Position numbers and translations under genes: made by a program. From Deferribacterales bacterium (GTDB lineage: Bacteria > Chrysiogenota > Deferribacteres > Deferribacterales > Geovibrionaceae), in the NCBI GenBank assembly GCA_050253075.1, contig JBFWJS010000003.1, positions 405,972-469,971 on the forward strand: a stretch of DNA of 64,000 nt, written 5' to 3'. Positions 50,993 to 59,784 of this stretch are shown here, in pieces. Below the pieces are notes generated by a model that worked only from the letters and a program-made list of their open reading frames with translations, had not been told where the DNA came from and did no database searches. The first letter of the stretch is position 1. Each line of letters opens with the position of its first letter.

Positions 50993-51013
50993 GCAGATTG
51001 AACAATGTGTTCA
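50990..51013. promoter_or_regulatory. Candidate upstream activator site
   Basis: TGAGCA-GAT-TGAACA-ATG-TGTTCA; core is 14/15 identical to 40932-40946. Confidence 0.6.
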
Positions 51014-51047
51014 AAAAAACTGATCAATCCATAATTTTAATATAACA

Positions 51048-51073
51048 AAAAGCCCTGTTTTTACAGGGCTTTT
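51048..51073 (+). terminator. Intrinsic terminator of the regulator gene
   Basis: AAAAGCCCTGT-TTTT-ACAGGGCTTTT. Confidence 0.8.
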
Positions 51074-51088
51074 CACATTCTGAGCTTC

Positions 51089-51104
51089 TGGCATTTCACT
51101 TGCT
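51089..51104 (+). promoter_or_regulatory. Sigma54 -24/-12 promoter
   Basis: TGGCATTTCACTTGCT with correct GG-N10-GC spacing, upstream of the oxidoreductase operon. Confidence 0.8.
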
Positions 51105-51131
51105 TTTTAGAAGGAAAGTAAGGAGATGCAT

Positions 51132-53186
51132 ATGTCTACAAAATTTAAAAACATATTTTCACCTATAGACGTCGGCTCGATGCATATGAAGAACAGATTG
51201 ATGAGCACATCAATGTCGCCGGGCGAAGGTTATACCGGTAAAGATATGAAACCGACCCAACGTTTCTATAATTATCTCGAAGAGAGAGCAAAAGGTGGTT
51301 TGGGAGCTATTTGCCAGACTATTTCTTTTTATCCTATGGACCCGGAAGGACACCTTCTCCCTCAGGCATTCGATGAAAGCCACATACCACATATAAAGAA
51401 GATGGCTGAAGTAGTGCAAAAGCACGGTTGTAAAATTGTTGCTCAAGCATTTACTGTGCACGAATGGAGAAGAAAACCTGACGAAGATATTGGTCATTGG
51501 GGACCTTCTGATGTGCGTCTCCCCCCGGCTATGATTCCTATACAACCTATGACAAAAGAAGATATCGATCTCTTTATCGAACACATCGCCAGAGGAGCAA
51601 AGATAGTTCAGGCTGCCGGCTGGGATGCTGTTGAGCTTGTGGCCGGTGTCGGTGCGATCATGTCTCGCTTTATGTCAAAAGCGACAAATAAACGAACAGA
51701 TGAATATGGACCACAAAGTATAGAAAGCAGATGTAAGCTCACTGTTGACTGCATAAAGGCTATCAAAGATGCCTGCGGAAAGGATTTTCCTGTTGTCGTT
51801 CGCTGGACTCCTGTGGACTACATCGAAGGCGGGAATGAAATGGAGGATGCTCTTCAGATAGCTAAGGTTCTGGATGAGGCCGGTGCTTCTTGGCATAACC
51901 TTCAGATTGGATGGCATGAAAGCTCAGTACCCGTAACCATTAAGTCAGTGCCGGAAGGCGGATTTTCTTGGATGGGTAAAGAAATCAAGAAAGTTGTCAA
52001 AGCACCTGTTGCTGTTGGCTATCGTAATACCGACCCTGAAAACATGGATCGTATCATTGCTGAAGGTCATACAGATATTATCGCAGGGCTTAGATACAGC
52101 ATTGCAGACCCTGAATTTGGTATAAAAGCTGAGCAGGGGAGAGAAGATGAGATTAAGAAATGTATCTGTTGCTGTAGATGTCTGGATGACGTTGTCAGCC
52201 GAGGAAAGCCACTTGACTATTGCAGTGTGAACCCACGCCTCGGAGCTGAACTGGATGAAGAAGTCGGTAAAGCTCCTGAACGTAAAAATGTAATGATCGT
52301 CGGATCAGGTCCCGGTGGTCTTTCTGCTGCATTTACAGCATATGAACGCGGACATGATGTGACCATATATGAAAGAGGACCTAGACTCGGCGGATGCCTT
52401 GTGATGAGCGCTATTTTTAGCCCGCTTTATGAAAGAATGACAAAGTATTACAAGACCAAACTTGCTAATACTCCTGAAATAAAAGTTAAACTGAAAACTA
52501 CTGTGACTCCGGAGTTAGTACAGACTATGCAGCCGGACGCAATAATAGTTGCTGCTGGCGGAGAGCCTAGAGACCTGTTTGTCCCTGGTGTGAATAGAGC
52601 TAACGTAATACGTTCACACGATTTCCTCTCCCTGCTCAATGGAACTCCGCCAAGCAAACCTGGGATAGTTAATAAAGTTATGTGGAGATGTGCAGGCATA
52701 TTTCTCGGGCTGTTCTATAGCCCGTCTCTTATCAAAAAGATGATGTGGTTTCCTTGGCCATTTGGCAAGCGTGTAGCCATCATAGGCGGAGGCCTTCCCG
52801 GCTGTGAGCTTGGTATCGAGCTTTTACACAATAAACGTGAAATGGCAATCATCGAAGAGAATAAAAAGATCGGTTTTGATGTTGGTGGAAGTGAGCGCTT
52901 TCACATCACTTCAGCATTCAAAAAATCACCTGTTGTACAGATGGAGCCGCTTTCTCAAGTTCTTGAGATTAACAACAGTGGAGTTGTTGGTCAGAGAGCT
53001 GATGGAAGCAGATTTACATATGAAGCAGACACAGTCGCTGTGACACTTGGTTTTGAAAAGAATACGTCACTCTACAAAAAAATAAACGACCAGGTCAGGC
53101 ATGTTGAAGCCGTTGGTGACTGTATAAACCCACAAAGGATGGCTGATGCCACGAAGGCCGGTTATAAGGCCGCAAGGGAGATATAG
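51132..53186 (+). CDS. FMN/4Fe-4S/FAD oxidoreductase (FadH/BaiCD/enoate reductase family)
   Basis: OYE barrel (NKRTDEYG, GWHE), CICCCRC...CSVNP cluster motif, VGSGPGG and IIGGGLPG dinucleotide folds. Confidence 0.9.
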   Translation: MSTKFKNIFSPIDVGSMHMKNRLMSTSMSPGEGYTGKDMKPTQRFYNYLEERAKGGLGAICQTISFYPMDPEGHLLPQAFDESHIPHIKKMAEVVQKHGCKIVAQAFTVHEWRRKPDEDIGHWGPSDVRLPPAMIPIQPMTKEDIDLFIEHIARGAKIVQAAGWDAVELVAGVGAIMSRFMSKATNKRTDEYGPQSIESRCKLTVDCIKAIKDACGKDFPVVVRWTPVDYIEGGNEMEDALQIAKVLDEAGASWHNLQIGWHESSVPVTIKSVPEGGFSWMGKEIKKVVKAPVAVGYRNTDPENMDRIIAEGHTDIIAGLRYSIADPEFGIKAEQGREDEIKKCICCCRCLDDVVSRGKPLDYCSVNPRLGAELDEEVGKAPERKNVMIVGSGPGGLSAAFTAYERGHDVTIYERGPRLGGCLVMSAIFSPLYERMTKYYKTKLANTPEIKVKLKTTVTPELVQTMQPDAIIVAAGGEPRDLFVPGVNRANVIRSHDFLSLLNGTPPSKPGIVNKVMWRCAGIFLGLFYSPSLIKKMMWFPWPFGKRVAIIGGGLPGCELGIELLHNKREMAIIEENKKIGFDVGGSERFHITSAFKKSPVVQMEPLSQVLEINNSGVVGQRADGSRFTYEADTVAVTLGFEKNTSLYKKINDQVRHVEAVGDCINPQRMADATKAGYKAAREI

Positions 53187-53188
53187 GT

Positions 53189-53947
53189 ATGGCAACAGTT
53201 TATATAAATAAAGTCGGCGATGTCGGCTATGTAATGCTGAATAAACCAGAGCGCAGAAATGCTATAGACCCTGACATGATGGATGTTATGACTGAATGTT
53301 TTAACACTCTGGAGTCAGATCCGGAAGTAAGGGTGGTGGTTCTTTCAGGTGAAGGTGATCACTTCTGTTCTGGCGGAGATCTTAAAGCGGCACCCGGTGG
53401 ACATACGATTGAGAGCTCACATCATGCTCTGCGTAAATACGGCAAAACTGTTCAGACTATTCAGGGTATGGAGAAGCCTGTGATAGCTTCTGTGAAAGGA
53501 TATGCCGTAGGCGGTGGCATGAGCCTCGCTTTGGCATGCGATATCATCTTTGCGGGTGAAAGTACAAAATTCAGCTGTAATTTCCTGAAAGTAGGCATCG
53601 TACCTGAAATGGGTGCAATGATGTTTATGCCCCAGCTCATAGGTATGCAGAGGTCTAAAGAACTCTGGTATACAGGCCGTATTGTATCCGGTGAAGAGGC
53701 CCTTCATATGGGGTTTGTGAACAGAGTAGTCGCTGATGCTGATCTTGAAAAAGAGACATTTGCATTTGCTAAACAGATTTCTTCTGTTCCGGCCATGTCC
53801 CTTGCCATTACAAAGCGCATAGCAAACTCAACCTATCACAAAGATCTAGGCAGCATATTGGATGTTGAAACACTAAGCACGCCTTTCTGCAGCCAGACTA
53901 AAGAACATAAAGATCTGGTTGAAGCGTTTTTAAATAAAAAGAAATAA
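53189..53947 (+). CDS. Enoyl-CoA hydratase/isomerase
   Basis: LNKPERRNA, FCSGGDL, GYAVGGGMSLALACD and GIVPEMG. Confidence 0.9.
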   Translation: MATVYINKVGDVGYVMLNKPERRNAIDPDMMDVMTECFNTLESDPEVRVVVLSGEGDHFCSGGDLKAAPGGHTIESSHHALRKYGKTVQTIQGMEKPVIASVKGYAVGGGMSLALACDIIFAGESTKFSCNFLKVGIVPEMGAMMFMPQLIGMQRSKELWYTGRIVSGEEALHMGFVNRVVADADLEKETFAFAKQISSVPAMSLAITKRIANSTYHKDLGSILDVETLSTPFCSQTKEHKDLVEAFLNKKK

Positions 53948-53966
53948 CGAAATTGGAGAGTATATT

Positions 53967-55118
53967 ATGGATTTTACATTAACAGAAGAGCAGCAGCTTC
54001 TGCTGGACAGCCTTAAAGAACTTGTAGAGCAGGAAGGCCCTGAACTCTACTGGAAAGAATGTGATAGAGAGGAGAAACAGCCTGTTGAGTTTATCAAATC
54101 ACTGATAGACAATGGTTTCGGACTTCTCGGTGTGCCAGAAGAACACGGTGGTGTGCCAGTTGATTACATGACGCAAATTCTTGTAGCTGAACACCTTTGC
54201 AAATTTGGTGCTCCTCATAACCTTCTCAGTTCACCTCTTCAGATCAAAGATATCCTTAGCTTTGGTAATGAAGAGCAGATAGCACAGACTATGGAAGTAG
54301 TTAAAGATGGCAGACTTGCATTCAGTCTTGGTATCACAGAACCTCAGGCAGGATCTGATACGAACAGAATCGCTGCAACTTTCACACGTAAAGACGGCAA
54401 AGTATACATCAACGGTAACAAGACTTTCATTACAGAAGGTGACAGGTGTCCATATATGATGTGTATGACACGTGACTTCGATGTTGAGGACATGTCAAAA
54501 GCATTTACTATGTGGTGGATCGATGTCGAAAAGCATAAAGATAATATCAAATTTGAAAAGCTAGATAAAGTCGGCTGGAAGATGAACCACACTTGTGAAG
54601 TCTATCTTGAAAACGTAGAGCTCGACGAATCCGATATGCTCGGTAAAGAAGGCCACGGCTTTATGCAGCTTATGGAAAACTTTGAGATCGAGCGTCTGAT
54701 CATGGCTGCATATATCCTCGGTATGGCCGAGTGTGCATTCAAAGATGCTGCAACATACGTTAATCAACGTGTTCAGTTTGGTAAACCTATCGCTAAACAG
54801 CAGATAACACAGCTTAAAATTGCTGAAATGTATACAAAAATCGAAAACATGAGAAACATGGTTTACAGATGTGCATGGGACATGGATCAGGGTAATTCTG
54901 TTCAGATTTCTTCTGCAATGTGTAAGCTCTACTGTGCTCAGGCCGGTAACGAAGTTATCGATCAGGCTCTGCAGCTTCATGGTGGTATCGGATATACAAA
55001 CGATACAAGAGTTTCGAGACTTTGGAGAGATGCGCGTGTTTTCCGCATAGGCGGAGGAACAGACGAGATCATGGTTCATATTATGGGAAGAGCAATCCTT
55101 AAAAAATATACAGATTAA
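53967..55118 (+). CDS. Acyl-CoA dehydrogenase, YdiO/CaiA subfamily
   Basis: ITEPQAGSD, AFTMWW, NFEIERL, RVQFGKPI and RIGGGTDEIM; closely resembles E. coli YdiO from recall. Confidence 0.92.
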   Translation: MDFTLTEEQQLLLDSLKELVEQEGPELYWKECDREEKQPVEFIKSLIDNGFGLLGVPEEHGGVPVDYMTQILVAEHLCKFGAPHNLLSSPLQIKDILSFGNEEQIAQTMEVVKDGRLAFSLGITEPQAGSDTNRIAATFTRKDGKVYINGNKTFITEGDRCPYMMCMTRDFDVEDMSKAFTMWWIDVEKHKDNIKFEKLDKVGWKMNHTCEVYLENVELDESDMLGKEGHGFMQLMENFEIERLIMAAYILGMAECAFKDAATYVNQRVQFGKPIAKQQITQLKIAEMYTKIENMRNMVYRCAWDMDQGNSVQISSAMCKLYCAQAGNEVIDQALQLHGGIGYTNDTRVSRLWRDARVFRIGGGTDEIMVHIMGRAILKKYTD

Positions 55119-55283
55119 AACTAAAGCATTTTGCTGGAAAGGTATCACCGGTTCAGACATAAAGACCAAATTTGGCTCTAAAATCCTGAATCTTAACAAT
55201 AATAAACACGCTATAGAACATGTCAGCTCCAAGAGCCGGTGAGCCTTTCATTTTTAAGTAAAACTTTAAGGAAACTAAAAGTT

Positions 55284-56267
55284 ATGATCGAAAAAATATA
55301 TGAGGACCTATACAGAATAGAGGTTCCGCTTCCTGATAATCCACTGGCAATGCTTAACTCATACTTGTTGTGTGGTAAAGAGCGGAATTTGCTCATAGAT
55401 ACAGGCTTTAATACTGAAGAAGGTAAAACAGCCATGCAAAGCGCTATGGCAGCTCTCGGTTTCTCTATGGAGAATACTGATATTTTTATCACACATGCTC
55501 ATAGTGATCACTCAGGTTTGGCAGGTTTTCTGTCACGTCCAAGTAACACTGTCTACTGCGGAAAGTATACTGCCGAGACATTTACAAAAGGAATTAAGAC
55601 TTGGGATTATCTATATGAGGTTTTGGGTCAGAGTGGAATAGATATGGGCGAAGTATCTATGGATGTAGATAAACACATTCCAGAGAAAATAGATAATACA
55701 AGCATAATTAGCGAAGGCGATTACTTAAATGTTGGTAAGTGGCATTTACACTGTATAGATACATCAGGGCATGCTCCTGATCATTTCGCTTTGTATGACG
55801 ATGATAGAAAAGTTCTATTTTCAGGTGACCACATTCTGTCAGGGATCACTCCAAATATTACTTTATGGGTTCCGCCATGGGATGGGCAAAATGACCCTTT
55901 AGGCGATTATCTAAAGAATCTTGATAAAATCTCAGAACTGCAGCTGGATAAGATATTCCCTGCCCATAGGCATACCATTGACGACTGCTACACACGTATT
56001 AATGAATTAAAGCAACATTGCAATAATCGTCTGGAAGATATTCTAAATATTTTAGGTAAAAACGAGATGAGCGGTTATCAGACTGCCAGCCTTATGAAAT
56101 GGGGACTGAGGACAGAGTGGAAGAACTTTCAGTCCGTACATAAGATTTTCGCGGTAGGAGAAGCATTATCTCACCTGACCCATCTAGTGAATACCGGAAT
56201 TCTCAGAAAAACGATGCATGACGATGGTGTTGTTTACTACAGCGTGAAAGATAATACAACGAATTAA
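55284..56267 (+). CDS. MBL-fold metallo-hydrolase
   Basis: LIDTG, THAHSDH, GHAPDH, SGDHIL and PAH motifs. Confidence 0.9.
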   Translation: MIEKIYEDLYRIEVPLPDNPLAMLNSYLLCGKERNLLIDTGFNTEEGKTAMQSAMAALGFSMENTDIFITHAHSDHSGLAGFLSRPSNTVYCGKYTAETFTKGIKTWDYLYEVLGQSGIDMGEVSMDVDKHIPEKIDNTSIISEGDYLNVGKWHLHCIDTSGHAPDHFALYDDDRKVLFSGDHILSGITPNITLWVPPWDGQNDPLGDYLKNLDKISELQLDKIFPAHRHTIDDCYTRINELKQHCNNRLEDILNILGKNEMSGYQTASLMKWGLRTEWKNFQSVHKIFAVGEALSHLTHLVNTGILRKTMHDDGVVYYSVKDNTTN

Positions 56268-56277
56268 GGAGAAATAT

Positions 56278-57039
56278 ATGAATGTATTGGTTTGTTACAA
56301 AATAGTTTACGAAGAACAAGATATAGTTGTTTCCGCAGACGGGAATTTGTCTTTTGACAGAGCAGAGCTCAAGCTCAGTCTTTATGACCTGAATGCAGTA
56401 GAAGAGGGCGCACGTATCGCTGATGCTACCGGTGGCAGCGTAAAGGCTCTTTCTGTGGGAGATGCCGTTCTCGAAAATAGTAAGCTCAGGAAAGGTATCC
56501 TCTCAAGAGGTCCAGAAGAGCTTTATCTTGTAAAAGATGATTCACTGAAAAAAGCAGATACTAATCAGACAGCTAAGTCACTTGCAGCAGCAGCAGAAAA
56601 GATAGGGTATGACCTGATTCTTTGCGGTGAAGGTTCTGCTGATTATTATGCACAGCAGACCGGTGTCCAGCTTGGAGAGATTCTCGGTGTTCCAGTTATT
56701 AACTCAGTCAGCAAGATAACACCTGAAGGTGACAAAGTTGTTGTTGAGCGCACTTTGGAAGATGTCGTAGAAATTCTCGAAGTACCTCTGCCGGCGGTTA
56801 TATGTGTGACTTCTGATATAAACACTCCAAGACTTCCGGGGATGAAAGAGATCCTTGCAGCGGGTAAAAAGAAAGTTACTGAGTGGTCTTTTAGTGATGT
56901 TGAAATAACAGCACCGGAGGCAACAGTAGAGGTTGTGAGCGTTCTTGCTCCTGAGCAGGTAGACCGTAAGAATATCGTTGTCGAAGGCGACGATAAAGTT
57001 GCTGAATTTTATGAAAATATTAAGTCAGTTATAGGCTAG
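56278..57039 (+). CDS. fixA: Electron transfer flavoprotein beta, FixA/YdiQ type
   Basis: EEQDI, DLNAVE, LSRGP, GEGSADYYAQQ and DINTPRLP. Confidence 0.9.
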   Translation: MNVLVCYKIVYEEQDIVVSADGNLSFDRAELKLSLYDLNAVEEGARIADATGGSVKALSVGDAVLENSKLRKGILSRGPEELYLVKDDSLKKADTNQTAKSLAAAAEKIGYDLILCGEGSADYYAQQTGVQLGEILGVPVINSVSKITPEGDKVVVERTLEDVVEILEVPLPAVICVTSDINTPRLPGMKEILAAGKKKVTEWSFSDVEITAPEATVEVVSVLAPEQVDRKNIVVEGDDKVAEFYENIKSVIG

Positions 57040-57048
57040 GAGATAGAT

Positions 57049-57957
57049 ATGAAAATTCTTGTAATCGGAGATAAATTAGGAAACTACGAAGAACTTTGCG
57101 GGGCTGTTGATGGCCTCGCTGGAGAGTCAATTGCATTTACAGTTCTCGGTGGTGATGAGGCAGGCTCTATCCCTGCAAAGAAAGTTTATCGTACACAGCT
57201 GTCTGACAGTAACATGTATGAAGACTGCTTTGATACTATCAAAGAGCTCATTTCGACAGAAAAACCTGAAGCTGTTTTTCTTAATGCCACTAAAAAAGGT
57301 AAATACATGGCTGCAAGGCTTGCGGCCTCACTTGGCACATCTGCAATGACGGATATGTCTAATGTCGTCATAGAAGACGGATGTGTCAAAGGCTCTCAAA
57401 TGTATTACGGCGGTGTTGCACTGCGTACACTTAAAAGTAAAGGCACTGCTGTAGTGACTCTCAGCGCAGGTGGCTTTGAGCCTGCATCCGGCAGTGCAGG
57501 CGAAGTTGCAGAACTGCCGCTTGTTGATAATGGCTTTAAGATCGTTAGAAAAGAAGTTCAAAAGAAAGAAGTTAAAACTGTAAACCTCGCAGCGGCTAAG
57601 AAAGTTGTCGGTGCAGGACGCGGATTTGGTAAACAAGAAGACCTTTCTATGGCAGAGCAGCTTGCTTCCGCTCTCGGTGGAGAATTTGGTTGCTCACGTC
57701 CGATAGCAGAAGGCGAAGGCTGGATGGACATCAGCCGCTACATAGGCGTTTCAGGTGTAATGCTTAAACCCGATGTATATTTTGCCGTGGGAATCTCAGG
57801 TCAGGTTCAGCATACAATTGGTATTAGCTCAGCTAAGACAATCATCGCTATCAACAAAGATAAGAACGCACCTATTTTCAAAGTCTGTGACTATGGAATA
57901 GTTGGGGATCTGTATAAAATTTTGCCAGCCCTTACAGATATGATTAAAGCAGGTTAA
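57049..57957 (+). CDS. fixB: Electron transfer flavoprotein alpha, FixB/YdiR type
   Basis: VGAGRG, GCSRP, YIGVSG, GISGQVQH and INKDKNAPIF. Confidence 0.92.
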   Translation: MKILVIGDKLGNYEELCGAVDGLAGESIAFTVLGGDEAGSIPAKKVYRTQLSDSNMYEDCFDTIKELISTEKPEAVFLNATKKGKYMAARLAASLGTSAMTDMSNVVIEDGCVKGSQMYYGGVALRTLKSKGTAVVTLSAGGFEPASGSAGEVAELPLVDNGFKIVRKEVQKKEVKTVNLAAAKKVVGAGRGFGKQEDLSMAEQLASALGGEFGCSRPIAEGEGWMDISRYIGVSGVMLKPDVYFAVGISGQVQHTIGISSAKTIIAINKDKNAPIFKVCDYGIVGDLYKILPALTDMIKAG

Positions 57958-58020
57958 TACCAACTTAAGGCAGTGCAGGAGCATACTTGCACTGCCAATC
58001 TTATATTCATTGAGGTTTAT

Positions 58021-59313
58021 ATGAGTGAAGAAAAATTTGACGTAATAATAGTCGGAGCAGGCATTGCCGGGGCAACAGCAGCTCTTATGCTTGCCAAAGA
58101 AGGGCTTGAAGTTGTCGTCGTTGAGAGAGGCAATTACGCAGGTGCAAAGAATATGACAGGCGGAAGGTTATACAGTCATAGTCTGGAAAAAATAATTCCT
58201 GATTTTGCTTCTAAAGCTCCCGTTGAAAGACATGTTGCCAAAGAAAAAATAAGCATGATGACGGAAACCGGTGCTGTCACTGTGGAATATACAAGCGAAC
58301 AGCTTAAGCAGCAGGGTAAGGATTCATATATCGTTTTACGTGGTGTTTTTGATAGATGGCTGATGGAGCAGGCGGAGAATGCAGGTGCTATGCAAGTAAA
58401 CGGAATACTTGTCGAGGACCTTGTAGTGCGAGACGGAAAGGTCTGCGGTATCATCGCAGGCGGTGAGGAAATGCTTGCTGATGTTGTTATTCTGGCTGAC
58501 GGAGCTAACTCACAGCTTATGCAAAAGGCCGGACTTCAAGAGAAAGCCACAAGTCCTCATCAGATGGCAGTAGGAGCTAAAGAAGTCATAGAACTTTCTG
58601 CGTCTGTCATCGAAGATAGATTTGGCGTTGGTGCGGGTGAGGGCGCAGCATGGCTTTTCGCCGGTTGGCCATCAGATGGTAACATCGGCGGTGGATTTGT
58701 ATACACCAATAAAGACAGCATATCCATTGGAATTGTTGCCACAATAGCAGAGATGGAACACTCTGAGAAATCTGTGCATGAAATGCTTGAGCAATTCAAA
58801 GCCCATCCGGCTGTTACTCCTCTCCTTAAAGACGGTAAGCTTGTCGAATACTCAGGCCATATGGTTGCAGAAGGCGGTTATGACATGGTTCCTTCTCTAT
58901 ATGACAACGGAATCGTTGCTATTGGTGATGCGGCTCATTTAGTCATTAACGTGGGATATACAGTACGAGGAATGGATCTTGCAGTCGGTTCTGCAATCTC
59001 AGCTGCACAAGCGGTTATTGATGCAAAAGAAGTCGGAGATTTTTCGTCCTCAACACTTTCAAAGTATAAGTCACTCCTTGATGACAGTTTTGTGATGAAA
59101 GACCTGAAGCATTTCAGAAAATTTCCTCATTTTATGGAAAATAAACGTATTTTCAATGACTATCCGACTATGGCTGATGACATCTTTGCCGGTCTTTTTG
59201 TTGTAGATGGCTCAGAGCCCAAATCTATGCTTTCAAAACTGAAAGCACCAGTGAAAAAGGTCGGAGTACTTAACCTTGTGAAGGATGGTTTTAAAGGCAT
59301 CAGAGCCCTTTGA
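58021..59313 (+). CDS. fixC: ETF:quinone oxidoreductase flavoprotein, FixC/YdiS type
   Basis: VGAGIAG, GAKNMTGGRLY, GGGFVYTN, GDAA and RGMDLA. Confidence 0.92.
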   Translation: MSEEKFDVIIVGAGIAGATAALMLAKEGLEVVVVERGNYAGAKNMTGGRLYSHSLEKIIPDFASKAPVERHVAKEKISMMTETGAVTVEYTSEQLKQQGKDSYIVLRGVFDRWLMEQAENAGAMQVNGILVEDLVVRDGKVCGIIAGGEEMLADVVILADGANSQLMQKAGLQEKATSPHQMAVGAKEVIELSASVIEDRFGVGAGEGAAWLFAGWPSDGNIGGGFVYTNKDSISIGIVATIAEMEHSEKSVHEMLEQFKAHPAVTPLLKDGKLVEYSGHMVAEGGYDMVPSLYDNGIVAIGDAAHLVINVGYTVRGMDLAVGSAISAAQAVIDAKEVGDFSSSTLSKYKSLLDDSFVMKDLKHFRKFPHFMENKRIFNDYPTMADDIFAGLFVVDGSEPKSMLSKLKAPVKKVGVLNLVKDGFKGIRAL

Positions 59314-59328
59314 TATCAGGAGGTATAT

Positions 59329-59604
59329 ATGATAACAGTAGAAGAGAAATTGGGCGTAGATAAGTTTCATGTAGACGAAGAATATGCTCATATAGAAGTG
59401 AATAAAGATGCTGATCCTGCTGATATTATGGCAGTTGTGAGAGCTTGCCCGGCAGGACTCTATAAATATGAAGAAGGTGTTTTGTCTTTTGACTATGCAG
59501 GATGTTTCGAGTGCGGCACATGCAGAGTGCTTAGCGCAGGAAAGGTCGTGAAGAAATGGACTTTCCCAAACGGCTCTTTCGGAATTGAATACAGGTTTGG
59601 TTGA
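59329..59604 (+). CDS. fixX: Ferredoxin-like FixX/YdiT
   Basis: CPAGLY, GCFECGTC and GIEYRFG. Confidence 0.93.
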   Translation: MITVEEKLGVDKFHVDEEYAHIEVNKDADPADIMAVVRACPAGLYKYEEGVLSFDYAGCFECGTCRVLSAGKVVKKWTFPNGSFGIEYRFG

Positions 59605-59686
59605 TCAAAACGAATAAATCCTCTGCTACATATTAGCAGTAGAACTCAGTAATTTACTATCTTACTTAAACATCTAATCATAATGG

Positions 59687-59723
59687 AAAAAGGCATGAAA
59701 CGATATACGTCTCATGCCTTTTT
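59687..59723. terminator. Bidirectional intrinsic terminator
   Basis: AAAAAGGCATGAAACG-ATATA-CGTCTCATGCCTTTTT. Confidence 0.85.
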
Positions 59724-59726
59724 AGT

Positions 59727-59743
59727 ATCAGAATGACTGGATT
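59727..59743 (-). pseudogene. Degenerate tRNA 3'-end fragment (old att remnant)
   Basis: ATCAGAATGACTGGATT is 15/17 identical to 59827-59843 and also abuts a terminator hairpin. Confidence 0.55.
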
Positions 59744-59784
59744 GAGCCCGAAGCGAGTTCGGGCAATCGCAGAGTGCCGTAACG

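Noticed and set aside
42514..59604. Labelling the island as the carnitine caiTABCDE operon
   Set aside because: No BCCT transporter, CaiE or CaiF. The dehydrogenase looks more like YdiO and the transferase partly like BaiF, so cai symbols were withheld.
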